DNA from: a candidate division FCPU426 bacterium
GTDB taxonomy: Bacteria > Oederibacteriota > JAAXVQ01 > JAUVAV01
DNA length: 50,020 nt
Direction of reading: 5' to 3'
Assembly (NCBI GenBank): GCA_030637655.1
Contig: DAOWGI010000040.1
Location: forward strand, 1 to 50,020
Positions 48,130 to 50,020 of the stretch are shown one piece after another (position 1 is the stretch's first letter; the number at the start of each line of letters is the position of its first letter). The notes under the pieces were generated by a model. That model was not told the origin of the DNA and made no database searches. It worked only from the letters and a program-made list of their open reading frames with translations. The translations under genes were made by a program, and so were the position numbers.

Positions 48130-49100
48130 TTACTTTTTTTCGCAAAAATGCTCCCGAACAGGGGCTCTTCATCGCTGTGGTCTGTATCGCCTCACTAGTG
48201 GCCTTTACAACCGGCACCATCGCTACCCTGCTGTTAATGCAACGTATTACCATAGCTATTGTACCTGACCTTTCCAACAAAAGCGTTGAATCAGCACGCA
48301 GTGTATTACGCGTCAAACGTTTACGTATGGATATTGCGGAATACCGTTTTGATCAGCGTATTGCCGGCAATCATATTCTGGAACAAGAACCGCTATCCGG
48401 TCAAACAGTCGAGAGCGGTCAGGTTGTAAAAGTTGTTGTCTCACGCGGAGCTCGCACCTTGACCATCCCCACCCTTTCCGGACTTACACTCTCGGCTGCC
48501 GAAAAAAAACTCAAAGCTGAAGGATTTCATATTGGTCGTGTCACCCGCTACTACACAACCGAAGCAGAAAAAGAGATCATATTGGATCAATTTCCCACAC
48601 CCGGTTCGAATGCTGCCCGTGGCACCAACATTTACATTTTAGTGTCCCAAGGTCCGCGTCCTTTCTGGCTCCTCATGCCCAGTTTTAAAGACTGGTCCGT
48701 AGACGATGCCATGCTGGTATTGAACACTCTCGGCATGAAATTAAAAGAAATCAAACGCCAAGTCGATTCCATGCAACCCAATGGCATAGTTCTGAAACAG
48801 ACGCCCCTGACCGGAACCAGGATCAAAGCCGGAGATCCTGCCGGCTTGGTAGTTTCCATTCAATCTTCTTCTGAGGTGAGCCAGAGCACACGCTTTGTCA
48901 CGATTGATTATGTGGTACCGCACTTAACCAGAAGCGTACGAGTCAAGTTTATGGTACGGGATGAACAAGGTTTACACGAAATCTACAATGCAATGGAAAA
49001 GCCCAACACACCACTCTCCATCCAGCGCCGCATCAACGGTCTGGACGCACAGTTGTATATTTATCTTAATGGAGAATTATACGAGGAAAGATTAATATAA
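48126..49100 (+). CDS. Membrane-anchored protein with three PASTA domains and no kinase domain
   Basis: N-terminal TM, repeats VPDLSNKS / IPTLSGLT / MPSFKDWS with Q.P..G motifs; ATGA overlap with rlmN. Confidence 0.9.
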   Translation: MITFFRKNAPEQGLFIAVVCIASLVAFTTGTIATLLLMQRITIAIVPDLSNKSVESARSVLRVKRLRMDIAEYRFDQRIAGNHILEQEPLSGQTVESGQVVKVVVSRGARTLTIPTLSGLTLSAAEKKLKAEGFHIGRVTRYYTTEAEKEIILDQFPTPGSNAARGTNIYILVSQGPRPFWLLMPSFKDWSVDDAMLVLNTLGMKLKEIKRQVDSMQPNGIVLKQTPLTGTRIKAGDPAGLVVSIQSSSEVSQSTRFVTIDYVVPHLTRSVRVKFMVRDEQGLHEIYNAMEKPNTPLSIQRRINGLDAQLYIYLNGELYEERLI

Positions 49101-49127
49101 ACAGAATTCATGTATTGGAGAACTGTT

Positions 49128-49787
49128 ATGACCATCAAAATCGCCCCTTCTCTACTCGCCGCGGACTTTACCCGCTTAAAAGAAGAGATTCAAATGATCG
49201 AATCCGCGGGAGCTGATTTGCTCCACTTGGATATCATGGACGGTCATTTTGTTCCCAACATCACCTTCGGTCCACCGTTGGTCTCTGCCATTCGGCCAAT
49301 CACCAAACTATTGCTGGAAACTCATTTGATGATTTCAAATCCGGGAAACTTCATAGAATCCTTTGCCAAAGCCGGATCAGGCAGTATCATTATTCACTCA
49401 GAAGCCACATCGGATTGTGCGCAATTGCTTGGAAAAATTCGCGAATTCGGCCTGTTGGCGGGTATTTCCATCAAACCTAAAACACCTCTGGAAGCTATTA
49501 TTCCATTCTTTCCTGCTTTGGACTTAATTCTCTTCATGAGTGTTGAACCGGGATTCGGCGGACAATTTTTTATGCCGGAAATTCTGCCGAAAATTTCACA
49601 AGCGCGAGAGATCATTCAAAAAGAAGGATACCAAATCGCTTTGGAAATCGATGGCGGCATTGGCCCGGACACTGCGCCTCAAGCTGTAGCCGCGGGAGTT
49701 AATGTGCTGATTGCGGGTTCTGCTATTTTTGGCAAACCCAATCCGGCTGAGATCATCCGAAAAATGAAAGCCATACCGGTTGTATAA
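49128..49787 (+). CDS. rpe: Ribulose-phosphate 3-epimerase
   Basis: IAPSLLAADF, HLDIMDGHFVPN, MSVEPGFGGQ, EIDGGI, AGSAIF. Confidence 0.97.
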   Translation: MTIKIAPSLLAADFTRLKEEIQMIESAGADLLHLDIMDGHFVPNITFGPPLVSAIRPITKLLLETHLMISNPGNFIESFAKAGSGSIIIHSEATSDCAQLLGKIREFGLLAGISIKPKTPLEAIIPFFPALDLILFMSVEPGFGGQFFMPEILPKISQAREIIQKEGYQIALEIDGGIGPDTAPQAVAAGVNVLIAGSAIFGKPNPAEIIRKMKAIPVV

Positions 49788-49808
49788 TCTATTTTCAACA
49801 ATGACATT

Positions 49809-49895
49809 GTAGGGGCGACCCTTGCGGTCGCCCTGACCCGTCCCAGTCGCCTTGATGGTTTTTAATTCCAGGGCACCCGCAAGGGGTGCCCCTAC
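49809..49895. repeat. GTAG-type REP doublet (REPIN-like)
   Basis: GTAGGGGCGACCCTTGCGGTCGCCCTG and inverted CAGGGCACCCGCAAGGGGTGCCCCTAC, 33 nt apart, downstream of rpe. Confidence 0.8.
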
Positions 49896-50020
49896 GATTT
49901 TTTAATCAATCCCACATTTTTTTTGTGTGCATCTGTGGTCATTTTTATTTTTTGCCTTCCTCTGCGTTCTCTGCGTCTCCGCGGTGAATGCTCCTAAAGA
50001 AAAAGGGACACCCTAAAAAT

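Overview
A 50 kb bacterial chromosomal segment, mostly minus-strand coding. The PorV-family barrels, Thr/Pro-rich CTD protein and TolC point to a diderm, probably uncultured lineage (Elusimicrobiota/FCPU426/Goldbacteria-like; inference only). Left to right: (i) an AT-rich putative defence locus with a TerB-like + 4xSAP + BrxD/DUF2791-type ATPase fusion, followed by the first 18 codons of a probable Lhr-like helicase that runs off the window; (ii) trxB-trxA and a hom-thrC-apgM-lysC threonine operon without thrB, driven by a perfect sigma70 promoter; (iii) a ~17.5 kb co-oriented envelope cluster that joins two PorV-family barrels and two T9SS/FlgD-type CTD cargo proteins (Kelch propeller, mucin-like) to an MFP, two RND permeases and a TolC with a hyperacidic N-terminus; (iv) an AmmeMemoRadiSam locus with a membrane ferredoxin and a degenerate spermidine-synthase-like membrane protein; (v) a GAF histidine kinase; (vi) a tightly coupled six-gene operon of four lycopene-cyclase-domain membrane proteins, a histidine kinase and a receiver protein, with no carotenoid genes in the window; (vii) housekeeping genes rarA, DUF1015, a cNMP-binding protein, hisG, rlmN, a PASTA protein and rpe. 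Intergenic DNA holds modular non-autonomous repeats: a MITE with 16-bp TIRs and 8-bp TSDs, one copy of which carries three precise 38-39 bp nested inserts; a TA-flanked repeat pair; and GTAG-type REPs. No rRNA, tRNA, CRISPR array or transposase was recognised. All domain calls come from motif recognition by eye, not from database searches.
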